This document shows positions 41,471 through 61,546 of a stretch of DNA of 64,000 bases, piece by piece. The position numbers were made by a program, and so were the translations under genes. Within the stretch, counting starts at the first letter, position 1, and each line of letters opens with the position of its first letter. The notes under the pieces were generated by a model that saw only the letters and a program-made list of their open reading frames with translations, did no database searches and was not told where the DNA came from. Where the stretch lies: positions 157,294,001-157,358,000 of the forward strand of contig OZ024741.1 of assembly GCA_964016885.1 (NCBI GenBank), written 5' to 3'. The stretch is from Eledone cirrhosa. Taxonomy: Eukaryota.

Positions 41471-41599
41471 TACACACAGACTCACACACATATACACATT
41501 TACACATACACATATTAACACAAATATATATATATATGCACTATAATAGAATAATCACCCTGACGGTGAGATTAAACAATACTTAAAACAATACTAAAA

Positions 41600-41642
41600 A
41601 CGCTGTACGAGTTTCAAGCTTATTAGCTATCGTCAGCAACGT
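41600..41642 (-). ncRNA. Minimal type I hammerhead ribozyme (second copy)
   Basis: As 40871-40913 but stem III is ACUCGU. Confidence 0.75.
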
Positions 41643-41736
41643 ATACCTTCCTGCCAGTTTGTTGAACGTATATACTTACCTTATGCATATTAACGGCTGA
41701 GTAGCCAAATTTGCATATCAAGTGGGTTAATCGGCC

Positions 41737-43342
41737 AGTGTGGGACTGGGAGGTTTTTACCGTGTTGCCTACATGGCCACATTACAGCGTGGACAGTGTG
41801 TTTTTTTGTCGTGACACCTACACGATCGCATTTGTTTCGGCCTGGATGTTGTGGCACCAACATAACTTTACATTGAAAGGGGCGGTGTGGATGGGTGGGG
41901 GTGGTGGGACGGGGGTGTATTTTGTTAGAGATGCCTACTGACTGTAGTAGGTTTTACTTTGTATTTAGGTAAGGCGGGTCTTCTCTATTACTGAGTACCG
42001 CCAAAGATCTCGATCCAGTGACATTGTCTTGGAGAGGTGTAAGTGTGTGAGGTCGGAATTTATCAGGTCGTCCCAGGTTTTTCTGGGTCTGCCTACTCCG
42101 TGGCTACCGTCTATCTTTATTGCCCTGCATTTTTTATACAGCTGTCGTCTTTCATGCGCATCACGTGACCATACCAACGTAGCCTTCTCTCAACTGACCA
42201 ACATCTGATCCCTTTTATTTCTAATTTTTCCCTTAGTTCGATAATGCTTTGCCGTTCACGTATATTACTATTACACATCCAGCGGAGCATGCAAGCTTCG
42301 TTCCTCTCTTTTTCCGTGATCTTCATGACCTGGTCGATTAATTTAATGCCTCTATAGTTACACCTATCTAGGGCATCTCCTTTACCCGTGTAACAGTTAA
42401 TGATAATGCTGCTACGCCAGTCCTTCGGAACAACCCCATTCTGTATGACTTGGTTAACTATCCGGGTGACCATGGTGTATCCCACCATTCCAGAGGCTTT
42501 CAGAATCTCAGCGACTATTTCCGAAGGCCCAGCCGCCTTACCCGTCTTCATATCTTTGATTGCCTTACTTATTTTACTACCTTCAACTAACACTGCTGGT
42601 CCCTCTATTGGATCGATCGGGGAAGGGGGGGAACTATCCTTCTCCCATTTATTATCCTCATTTAGTAGCCTTTCATTTATTCTCCTCATTTAGTAGCCTT
42701 TCGTAGTGACACTTCCAAGCTACCTTCTTATCAGCTTCAGTGATGGCAAGTACGCCATCATCATTTAGTACACACTTCTCCCCGACAATATCACGGTTTT
42801 CCTTGACACATTGCCTAGCAATCCTGAACACCTCACGTTTTTGGTCCTCGCGTTGTAGAACATGCTTGAACTTTCTTTCCTCTGCTTCCCTTCTTGCGAA
42901 GTACACTTGTCTCCTAGCTTCCCTCCTGGCCACTTGATAGTCTTCTCTACTTCCCCCATCCCGCCATACTTTCCAAGCCTGCTTTTTGGCCTTAATCGAC
43001 TCCTCCACCTTACCATTCCACCACCATGTTACTCTCCTCCTGCCTATAGGCCTGCTCCGGCCACAGACTTCGTCTGCCGCCATCAGGAAGTTTGCTTTCA
43101 GGAATTCCCACTGTTCCTCTATATTGTACGACTCTAAATGCTCTTCCTTACTGTCGAAAGCATCAAGTAATATACTTTGAAATTTATTTCTGGCTGTGGG
43201 GTCCTTTAGCTTCCATATTTTTCTCCTAAGGATAGTCCTCTTCTGCTGTCGGGTACGTCTCGTCCTGACTATGAGGTCGCTAATTATCAGTCTATGTTGG
43301 GAGGTGCATTCTTCATGGGGGAGGGATTTGGTGTTTACAATA
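41737..43342 (-). mobile_element. RTE-clade LINE with internal deletion of the RT core
   Basis: SQHRLII (end of the APE domain), TWWWN, MKTGKAAGPS and CNYRGIKL fused directly to [12 protein letters not shown] at about 42303. Confidence 0.88.
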
Positions 43343-43344
43343 GA

Positions 43345-43912
43345 CAATATATATTAAATTTTATTTCTGTATTATATATTGCATTGTATTGTATATTATA
43401 TTATATTTTTTTATCTTATTTCTCGGATTATATTACTATGTTGTATTTGACATATATTGTACTTTTAACGTGGCTATTTTAATGTTTGCTTGCTCTCTTG
43501 CCCTATAGTTTTTTATGTACCAATGTACTCTATTAGGTTTGACACGTCTTTCCTGGATAATTTTCCGAAATATCCTTCCTTACATACTATCGGGTGTGTT
43601 ATAAATATTATAAAGTTTTACCCATTAGTAATTAAGTGCCCTTTCTTAGTTACCTGAAATCTAAATATGTTGCAATATCCTAGACCTTGCCTCCTTATCC
43701 TGTTTTTATATTACCTGCATATTATATCTTATAATGTAACATTTAAATTTCTATTTTTCTATTTCTCTATAAATCTGAATTTTGGCTTGTTCTAGCCGTT
43801 GATATTTTTTGTCTTTTCCTTGCTCTGAAGAGTCCTAATTACTGGGACGAAACATTGTCAGCGAATAAAGATTTTTAATGTATTAAAGGCTTCTTTGTTG
43901 ATTTATATAATT
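43345..43912 (+). mobile_element. AT-rich PLE-type 3' terminal segment ending in an HHR
   Basis: T-rich non-coding stretch, then a hammerhead, AATAAA and a TA tract. Confidence 0.5.
43820..43864 (+). ncRNA. Canonical type I hammerhead ribozyme
   Basis: UUGCU-CUGAAGA-GUCC(UAAUUACUG)GGAC-GAA-AC AUU GU-C/AGCGA; GUC triplet, cleavage after 43859. Confidence 0.88.
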
Positions 43913-44013
43913 TTATATATACATATATATATACATATACATATACATATATATATACATTTACATATATATATATACATTTACATATCCATTTACATAT
44001 ACATAATATATAT

Positions 44014-44658
44014 ATATTGTTATACTTTGGGAGGGTCATGTTGCCAATAAGAAACACACGCACCAGTTGCTTTCACTTCAATTTATTATATATTTATAAA
44101 TTTATAAATTTCTGGTTGGTTGGTTGGTTCCACAACCAGATAGTTGTTTATATATAGTCATAGTTCTTTCGTCACACACTCTGTGACCTCTTCAGTGACT
44201 GGGGATTCCTTTCTTTGTTTCTGTGCCTCTCCTTTGTTCTGTCCTACGCCATTTTGCTTCTGTGTGTGTGTTGTGTGCTCAGTCTGCGCATGCGCCACAT
44301 CCGGCTGTCTGTGTGTGTTTATGTTCATTTATTAATTTGTTTATTTACATGTTACTGGTTGGTTGTTTGTTCTATGTGTGTGTGTGTATTCATTTTGTCC
44401 TTAATAGTAAGTTGTAATGTTGCTGTTCCACTCATATTTTCTATTTAATTTTGGTTGTAATTCTTTTATGTTTATTGCCTCTGTAATTTGTCTAAACATT
44501 GCGTCTTTTCTGTGTGTAGATTCTATTTTTATTTCTATGTTCTCTAATTTACCCTTGTGTTCTATCTTAGCATGTTGGTAGAGTACAGATGATTCTTTAT
44601 TATCTTGAAGGTCTCGCCAGTGTTCATTTATCTTGCTAAACAAATTCAGAAACGAAAT
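44014..44658 (-). mobile_element. 5'-truncated copy of the 46459-51056 PLE with a 5' inversion
   Basis: GIY-YIG C-terminus (INEHWRDL...[14 protein letters not shown]) plus pLTR; inverted piece 44630-44658. Confidence 0.85.
44156..44200 (-). ncRNA. Minimal hammerhead ribozyme in pLTR
   Basis: AGUCA-CUGAAGA-G-GUCACA GAGUG UGUGAC-GAA-AGAACU-A/UGACU. Confidence 0.8.
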
Positions 44659-46045
<1,387 letters not shown>

Positions 46046-46195
46046 CGGGTGTGTATGATTGTGTATAGAAGATTATATTAATAAGAGGAATTCCAACTTT
46101 GTCTGATTTACTCGTTTTATTTACAATCCTTTAAAATATATATAATGGTATTATAATGAAATAGTATGATAGAATATTAAATTCTAAGTGTTGAT

Positions 46196-46234
46196 TGAAC
46201 AAGTACTTTCATGCTTTCGCAATCTTCAGGTTCA
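46196..46234 (-). ncRNA. Minimal hammerhead ribozyme
   Basis: Reverse complement of 46293-46331. Confidence 0.75.
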
Positions 46235-46292
46235 TGATATGTGGTGACAGTCGAGTTTTGAAAATTGCAAACTCGACTATCACCACATATCA

Positions 46293-46331
46293 TGAACCTG
46301 AAGATTGCGAAAGCATGAAAGTACTTGTTCA
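46293..46331 (+). ncRNA. Minimal hammerhead ribozyme
   Basis: UGAAC-CUGAAGA-U UGC GAAA GCA U-GAA-AGUACU-U/GUUCA. Confidence 0.75.
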
Positions 46332-46682
46332 ATTAACACTTAGAATTTAATATTCTATCATACTATTTCATTATAATACCATTATATATATTTTAAAGGA
46401 TTGTAAATAAAACGAGTAAATCAGACAAAGTTGGAATTCCTCTTATTAATATATATATATTTCGTTTCTGAATTTGTTTAGCAAGATTCTTTATCTGAAA
46501 TCGTGTGTTGAAACCGATATTGTTATACTTTGGGAGGGTCATGTTGCCAATAAGAAACACACGCACCAGTTGCTTTCACTTCAATTTATTATATATTTAT
46601 AAATTTATAAATTTACAAATTTACAAACTTATAAATTTCTGGTTGGTTGGTTGGTTCCACAACCAGATAGTTGTTTATATAT

Positions 46683-46727
46683 AGTCATAGTCCTTTCGTC
46701 ACACACTCTGTGACCTCTTCAGTGACT
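46683..46727 (-). ncRNA. Minimal hammerhead ribozyme, 3' pLTR
   Basis: As 44156-44200; stem III is AGGACU. Confidence 0.8.
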
Positions 46728-47131
46728 GGGGATTCCTTTCTTTGTTTCTGTGCCTTTCCTTTCTTCTATCCTACGCCATTTTGTTTCTGTGTGTGTGTTG
46801 TGTGCTCAGTTTGCGCATGCGCCACATCCGGGTGTCTGTGTGTGTTTGTGTTCATTTATCTATTTGTTTATTTATTTATATATTTATTTATTTATTTATT
46901 GTTGGTTGGTTGTTTGTTCTATGTGTGTGTGTGTTTTCATTTTGTCCTGTGTGTGTTTTCATTTTGTCCTTAATTGTAAGTTGTTTGTTCTATGTGTGTG
47001 TGTGTTTTCATTTTGTCCTGTGTGTGTTTTCATTTTGTCCTTAATTGTAAGTTGTGATGTTGCTGTTCCACTCATATTTTCTATTTAATTTTGGTTTTAA
47101 TTCTTTTATGCTTACTGCCTCTGTAATTTGC

Positions 47132-47587
47132 CTAAACATTGCGTCTTTTCTGTGTGTGGATTCTATTTGTGGATTCTATTTTTATTTCTATGTTCTCTAA
47201 TCTACCCCTGTGTTCTATCTTAGCATGTTGGTAGAGCACAGATGATTCTTTATTATCTTGGAGGTCTCGCCAGTGTTCATTTATTCGTTCCCCTATACTA
47301 CGAGCTGTCTCACCTATGTACACTATATTTTTGTTTCTACATTGTCCTTCAGTACATCTTATGCTATACACTACATTTCTAGTTTTACAGTTAATATGGG
47401 GGCTTATTTTACAGGTTATACATTTCTTATCTATACATGAGGGTCTTTGGAATGGGTATGTCTTGCTAATAAGTGTTTTTACGGAGGTACCTGGTCTTTC
47501 TACTATCTTAATATTGAGATTATGTTTATTTAGGGCCCTTCTAAATTTGTAGGCTAGTTCGCCTCTAGGGGTTGTATTGATGAACAT
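47132..47587 (-). pseudogene. PLE Cys-rich linker and GIY-YIG endonuclease
   Basis: CIDKKCITC..CKTRNVVYSIRC...YIGETARSIGERINEH; frameshifted at the C-terminus. Confidence 0.88.
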
Positions 47588-47593
47588 TACACT

Positions 47594-49210
47594 CTAGTAT
47601 TTATTGCTATCATACCATGAGTTTATTCTATTGGCCTTGTTCCTAGTTCTTTCTATTCTATTCCAAAATTTGCTCCTATACAAGGAGCAGGTCCCATTTA
47701 TGTCATTATTTACCATTTTTTCCCATTTGGTTCTGGCTCCTTTATACACTCTGATTCTATCTCTCTGGTTGTAGCCAGAGAACTGCATACGGTGGATGAA
47801 GTGTTGTATGTGTCTCTCTAGTTCTTCGGGGTTGCACATGCGGGACACATTTCTCATCACCCGTACCAAATCCGCAATCAGTATGTTGATTTTGGTATGG
47901 TCCGAAATGGCCGAGTTTCGGTGGATCAGATGTTTGGAAGTCATGGGTTTGGCATAATGGGAATGGAGGATTTGTTTTTGGTTGTTAATGGTATCTAACC
48001 AGAGCTCTGTGTCTAGTACAGGTAATCGATGGTTGGGGTGTCTACTTGGGTAGTCTATAGTAACTCTAATGCTCTGGTGGATGGAGTTTGCTATTTGCTA
48101 GATGCTTTCCATTGTGTTTTTCTCTAGTTCCTGACTGTTCTTTAGTGGGGGTGTCTTAACTACGATGTTTATATCATCTACGTAGCGGGAGTACATTATC
48201 AGGGTTAAGCTGTCTTCTAATTGTTCTTTAAGTTTTTGTTTAAGTCTACTGTCCCACCATACCATGAATAAGTTAGCTATGTCGCCTGCAATGCTAACAC
48301 CAATGGCTGCTCCTTCCTCTTGGGCATATGTTTTACCATTAAATTTGAACATATGTTCCTTAAGGGTTAATTTTATGCTGGCCCCTACCGCATGTGCAAT
48401 CATTTTCTTCAGTTCATCGTGGTTTTCGGGTGTCCGTATGGCTCTGGTCCACCCGTTCCATCTATCTGTGTGGGTTTTCTTGGCCATTGAGGTAATGGTA
48501 GGTGGTCTGCCTCTTGCTGGTCTTGTAGGGCACAGGTTGCTAAGGTCATAAGTGTCTAGGTAACTATTACTATGGGTAAGCCTAAGTAGAAGTCCCAGCT
48601 CACTGGTATCAATCCCACGGAACTCAACATTGCTCTCGCTGATCATTTCTACGCATTTCTCCACAGCAAACTCCACGTCAATAGATGGATACAGGGACAC
48701 AACATCCATACTGCCTATTATGCAGTTTGTTAGGTCCCCAGATCGGTTACCCGCGCCGATTCTGCTGAGGAGGTCCTCCGTGCTGTCACATACATCTGGG
48801 GACATCTCAATGATGGGGCGTATGATCAGGGAGAGGAAGTAGGACAGTCTGTAGTTACTAGCAATGTTAGCCCCACAGACTGGCCGTGTTGGTGGTCCCG
48901 CGACAGGGTCCCAGCCCGTTTTATGGTCTTTTCGAAGCCCATACAACGCCGGCACGTCATTGTTCCAGGCCTGGAAGTTGTTGGCAGTCCTTTTGTTGGG
49001 CTGCATTATATTTGTCCACATCACCATATGGGCATTGAGGGCTTTTTCTCTATCCTCATGCTCCTGTGGTGTTACCCCTCTTGTGTTAGTGATGTGGGGT
49101 TGCATTGCCTGGATGTAGTTTGGCAGGCTGTCAACCGACATTCTGCCAGACTTGTCTGTTGGAAAACATGCTATCTCTCCATTACGCGAGCGCTGCATGA
49201 GCTTACGCAA
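47594..49210 (-). pseudogene. PLE reverse transcriptase and thumb (interrupted)
   Basis: PTDKSG, LYGLRKDHK, TRPV, SMDVVSLYPSI, QEEGAAIG, YSRYVDDI; thumb HRMQFSGY. Confidence 0.92.
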
Positions 49211-49302
49211 GCCATTTGCAGATTCTTCTCCCAGTTGCTGGGCCTCTATTCTATTTTGCTTCTTGCTATACTGTTCTATAATATTTCTAAGTTCGGATTT
49301 AG

Positions 49303-50675
49303 CTATACTAAATTGTGCTTCTGTTTGTTATCGACCTGCGACGGCAACTGCGTGCGTTTGTTAAATGGCAAAGTCGTGGCGTGGACTCGTCGTAGGTCGA
49401 ATGATTTATCGGAGGGGTTATAAAACGGAGAGTTCCAGGCTGCTGCTTTATGTGTACTAGTGCTATTATTATTGTTAGTTGTGTTGTTTCTATTTCTATT
49501 TCCACCAACAGCCTCATGGTTGTTTCTATGTCTCTCATAATTACTCCTGTCTCTTTCCACTGGCTCAATGTTGTTATCTACCCTATTTTGTGTGTCTGTG
49601 TGTTCGTCTTGGTTATTCTCTTTGTCCTTAGTCTCCCATCTCCTTTTCCTTTTAATCCTATTACTTTCTCTTATTTCTCTGATTTCTGTGCTACTGTCAT
49701 TACTTGTTTTCTGTGTCTGTGTGTTTGTTAAGATTGTGGTGGTGGTGAGAGGCATTGAATGCGTGTGTGTTGTTGTTGATGTGTGTTGTTGTCTCCGCGT
49801 GTGTGTTATCGTTGTTGTGTGTGTTGTTATTGTTGTTTGTGTCTGCGTGTCTGTTGTTGTTGGGATGTGTGTTGTATATGTGTGTGCGTATATTGTTGCT
49901 TTTGTTTTTGATGCTCCAGCGTAGTTGTAAATGATTTTTCTATTTCTGACAGACAACTAATCATATTTACCTTCTTGAATGTCGCAAATTTGGGCGGCAG
50001 ACATAACACAGACATTTCATTATTATCTATTTCCGTGTTTCCATAAATGTTGGTATTTTCGTTGTTGAACTCTTCTGATAATGAGGTGTCGGCCATGTTG
50101 ATACCGTCAATTTTGTCGGGATATCTATTGGTATACTCTATAGTATCCCGATTTAGCTTTGCCTGTTTAAGCCACTTTAGTTTCCTGTTAAAGTGCTTAT
50201 CACATTCTTGAGTAATGTACTGTTCTTCGGGGCGTATAAGGCTTATAAATATTAGTTTTTCTGTTGGTGTGGTGATTTTAGCTATTTCTTGTATTAGGTT
50301 ACGCTTTTGTTTTTCTTGATGACTTAATTCTCTATAGATCTTCTTTTTTATGTTTAGAATTAAAGTTCGTTTTAGCCTATCTGCTTGTTTTTTGGTGAGT
50401 TGTAATCTTCTAACGTCGGTATTGATGGTGTTGGTGTAGATTCTAGAAGTGGTGCACAGCTTTATGAAGTGTAGTTGTCGAGATGTTATGGTTTTTCGTA
50501 GACAACAGAACATGGTGGTTTTCAGTATCTTGTTAGCCTGGCTAAGGCTTACGATATTTCGTTTCTGAATTTGTTTAGCAAGATTCTTTATCTGAAATCG
50601 TGTGTTGAAACCGATATTGTTATACTTTGGGAGGGTCATGTTGCCAATAAGAAACACACGCACCAGTTGTTTCAC
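49303..50675 (-). pseudogene. PLE N-terminal region (basic domain and low-complexity linker, frameshifted)
   Basis: 282-aa ORF starting in the pLTR with SVLCLPPKF (PLE L..G.KF-like motif), followed by a Thr/His/Asn-rich segment. Confidence 0.65.
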
Positions 50676-50770
50676 TTCAATTTATTATATATTTATAAAT
50701 TTATAAATTTACAAACTTATAAATTTCTGGTTGGTTGGTTGGTTCCACAACCAGATAGTTGTTTATATAT

Positions 50771-50815
50771 AGTCATAGTCCTTTCGTCACACACTCTGTG
50801 ACCTCTTCAGTGACT
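50771..50815 (-). ncRNA. Minimal hammerhead ribozyme, 5' pLTR
   Basis: Identical to 46683-46727. Confidence 0.8.
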
Positions 50816-51056
50816 GGGGATTCCTTTCTTTGTTTCTGTGCCTTTCCTTTCTTCTATCCTACGCCATTTTGTTTCTGTGTGTGTGTTGTGTGCTCAGTTT
50901 GCGCATGCGCCACATCCGGGTGTCTGTGTGTGTTTGTGTTCATTTATCTATTTGTTTATTTATTTATTTATTGTTGGTTGGTTGTTTGTTCTATGTGTGT
51001 GTGTGTGTTTTCATTTTCATTATTGGCAACATGACCCTGCCAAAGTATAACAATAT

Positions 51057-52241
<1,185 letters not shown>

Positions 52242-52899
52242 GGTGGCTGCCAACTCGTTTTCGAGTACGGCCACTACTTTATATCCATGTAGGAGAACCC
52301 CTACTGATGCGCTAAACGAGTGTGACTTTTCAGTCCAGCCAGCGACTTGAAAACTCGGGTACAAACACTACACTTGTGACAATTATTGACACATAGTGCT
52401 GGGCCTATGGTACCATGTCACGACAAGTGCAGAGAGATCTCCAGATATAAAGCAATGCCTGTGCCGTGAAGCTTTTATAGTGAGCAAAGGCACTGCACAA
52501 AGCCAGTCCCACTCTCTTAACCAAGATGATATTTACCAAAAAGAAGAACAAGTCAACATCATTGGATACCATCAGAGTTGCAGGTGTTATATCAGAGTTT
52601 TCCTTCTCCTAGAATTCTGCCTCGACAAAGGCTAAGGGGTCATCTCTCCCGGTGATTTTGGATGGCCATTGACTCTTAAGAGCTCCTTTGCCCTTTGACA
52701 GGTTTTGTTTTTAGTCCTGCAGGATGTCCAAAGTCACCCTCCTCACCAAGCAACCTTGGTGAGGAACATATATATATATACATATACATAGTTTGATTTA
52801 TATTTATATGAGAACTAGCCGATAAATTTTTTGATTCCTAAATCTTTGATTCCCTCTTTTTACTCTTTTTTTATTGTTTATTTTATTTTATTTATTTTT

Positions 52900-53839
52900 A
52901 TTTTTATCTAAACATTCCTCATGAAAAATTAAGCTACCCTAAAAGCCGATGCTCCAAATTTTTTGAATTAACCTTACACTAGATAAACTTCTATATTAAA
53001 TATAGGAACATATGTAGACATAATTGGACATCATAATCTTTTTGAGATGTTCTTTGCTAGATGTGATTTGATAGATAATTTTTGGCTTTGTCTTGTAATG
53101 AACTTGGCAATATATTGTCAATTAACTTTGAAGGGTTGTTCTTTGTGGTTTATTTTATTTTTATTTTTATTTTTATTCTTTAGTATTGTAGTATTCTATA
53201 ATATTTTTTTATTATTCTTTATTTTATTTTATTTTTAATATTTTTAATATCTTTAATATGTAAATTTTTAATACGTAATATTTTTTAATACGTAGTATTT
53301 TTAATATGCAATATTTTTATTATGTAATATTCTTTCGTAATATATTTTTTTAGTTTTCTATTCTATATTTTTACTTATTATTATCATTATTGTTATATTT
53401 TTTTATTTTTAGTTTTGTTTATAATATAATATTATATTTTTGATTGGTATATTGAAATCTGCTCTCTATTTCTGCTTGATAGATAATCTTGTAGAGTAAT
53501 CGCAAGAATAATAATACGCTCAAATTTTTATACCACATTGAGAATGTTTTCCGGTAACCTAGAGTTTGCAGAGTGAATCAGTTGGATTCACATTGATGTT
53601 TGTAGCTGTCACATAAACATATGAATTTTTTAAAACTAAACATAAGATAATGAATTTTCACACATATGGATACTTGTTTCATTCAGGGAATACTGATATT
53701 TACAATATAGTGTAAGTTTTATAAATACTAATACATTAAAACATAGGGTTTTCTACGCCTCGAATATGTTTGGCTACTTTTAAATTTTTTTTCTCTATAT
53801 ATATCTCTCTATATATCTCCCTTACATTAATACTTGAGC

Positions 53840-53874
<35 letters not shown>

Positions 53875-54347
53875 ATGTATCATTGATACACTTACTCAAA
53901 ATGACCTCCACTACCTAATTTTCTATATATATATATATATGTATCTATCTCTATTTCCTCTCTCTATATATATATATATTTCTTTCTGTTTCTTTACATG
54001 AAGCTCTTCGCTTTATCTATTTTTCCATCTCTCTATTTTGTTCCATGCATTTCTTCTTTTTCTTTTTCTTCTTTTTCTTCCTTTTCTTCGTTTTGTCTTT
54101 CTTTCTTTTTTCTCTCCCTTTTTTTTTTTTTTCTCTCTTTCTTTCTCTCTGTATTTTCACTGCTAGCGTAAACCTCTTCAAATGAAGTCGATGTTTATTA
54201 CGGTATGTCGAATATATTTATCTATAAAACTGTTATATTGTATTTTGTCTGATGAAGGCATAGCATATTGTTAATATGATATCCCCGAAATATATATAAT
54301 GAAATAAATATGGTTTTATAAATATAGTTTTCCATTTATTTATATTG

Positions 54348-54348
<1 letters not shown>
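52900..54348 (+). mobile_element. 3' part of a Naiad-like PLE (ORF end remnant, long T-rich 3' UTR, HHR)
   Basis: NICRH remnant near 53010; the terminal ~125 bp is homologous to 63570-63690. Confidence 0.6.
54241..54306 (+). ncRNA. Type I hammerhead ribozyme with extended stem II
   Basis: UAUUUUGU-CUGAUGA-AGGCAUAGCAUAUU GUU AAUAUGAUAUCCCC-GAA-AUAUAUAU-A/AUGAAAUA. Confidence 0.7.
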
Positions 54349-60079
<5,731 letters not shown>

Positions 60080-60081
<2 letters not shown>

Positions 60082-61287
60082 AAATCTGACCTGGGCAGAC
60101 TTAGCAAAAATATTCTAGACAGAGTAATACAACAAATTAAGAATTTACCTAATTTATCTTACTTAAAATTATGGAAAGCGACTAGTGAGGTTATCGATTG
60201 GTTTAAAGAAATTAAATATAACTATAATAATAAGTTTATTCAGTTGGATATTGCTAACTACTACTCATCTATCACTCCTAATCTACTGAATAAGACACTA
60301 ACTTACCGATTTAAACATACAGACCTAACTAGCAATGAAATGCAAATTATATTATCGGCACGGAAAACATTAATAGAATTTAATAACCAAATCTGGACTA
60401 GGGCAGATAGAAATAATAATTTCGACATAACTATGTGATCTTCAGACTCAGCTCAGGTAACGGACCTTGTGGGCCTATTTATAATTAATTCTCTACATAG
60501 GAAAACACCAGATGTAACCGGAGGCTTATATCGTGACGACATGCTTTTACTTATAGAAAATAATAGCTGTGAACTAAATAGAAAAAGAAAACAAATTATA
60601 AAACTTTTTAATTACCTTAATCTAAAAGTAGAAATAGAGAATAACCATAAAATAGTCAATTTTCTAGATGTAACACTAAATCTCAACACATGTCTTCATT
60701 ATCCATTTCACAAACTAAATGAGAACTTAAATTATGTCAATTTTAACTCTAATCACCCCAGATCCGTTAAAAATACTATAGTGAACTCTGTTCAAGAACG
60801 AATTTCAAGAATTTCATCTAATAAGAATATATTTGATGAAAAAGCGCATTATTACAATGAAGCGTTAGGTAGAGCTTGGTATAGAAATAAAATTAAATAC
60901 ATCGATAATAATAATAATATACAAAATAACCAAAATAATAACTTTAATTATGGTAACAATTTCAACAACCATAATAGAAAATATTACAATAACTCCGAAA
61001 GCCGAAAAAGAAATAGAACTAGGAATATATTATGGTTCGCTCCCCCTTTATCACTAAATATTAAAACCCCTATTGCTAAACTATTCTTTAAATCTCTTGA
61101 CAAACGATTCCCTACCTAGAACACATAAATTTTTAATAGACATACTATAAAATTAACCTACTCTTCCACCAAAAATTTAGCGCAAAATATTAATAGAATT
61201 AATAATAGAAATTTAAAACCTAACCAAAATACCAATAATAACCCAAGCAATATTCAATCGAATAACTGTAACTGTAGAAATAAATCT
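60080..61287 (+). mobile_element. Naiad-like PLE RT fragment
   Basis: [74 protein letters not shown] and LWFAPP. Confidence 0.88.
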
Positions 61288-61493
61288 TCAACTTCAATAT
61301 TCATATGAAATGAATAATAAAAATATAAATATTAATATTCATGAATGGGACATAGATATATAATATGAGAGATTAAACATTGTTTAATAATGACTATATG
61401 TTTAGTTTAAACCTTGAGATCAATATACCAAAATTTGGGTTTAATCTCCAAAATGTACACATTGCTAGAGAATAGTATCTCAGGCAAAGATAC

Positions 61494-61541
<48 letters not shown>

Positions 61542-61546
61542 GCACG

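Larger units (their letters stand above)
46074..46453. repeat. Near-perfect ~380-bp palindrome (inverted pLTR) with two hammerheads
   Basis: Arms pair with only a few mismatches around a short spacer near 46260-46268. Confidence 0.92.
46459..51056 (-). mobile_element. Near full-length Penelope-like element with direct pLTRs and a 5' inversion
   Basis: Direct repeats 46459-~46943 and 50556-51017; the ORF begins inside the pLTR; RT and GIY-YIG domains present; inverted tip 51020-51056; TA flanks. Confidence 0.92.

Noticed and set aside
60436-60438. In-frame TGA in the Naiad RT as selenocysteine (some Naiads are reported selenoproteins)
   Set aside because: It falls at the conserved Gly of FDxTMGS (GGA->TGA), not at a Cys; no SECIS was seen and the copy has other lesions.
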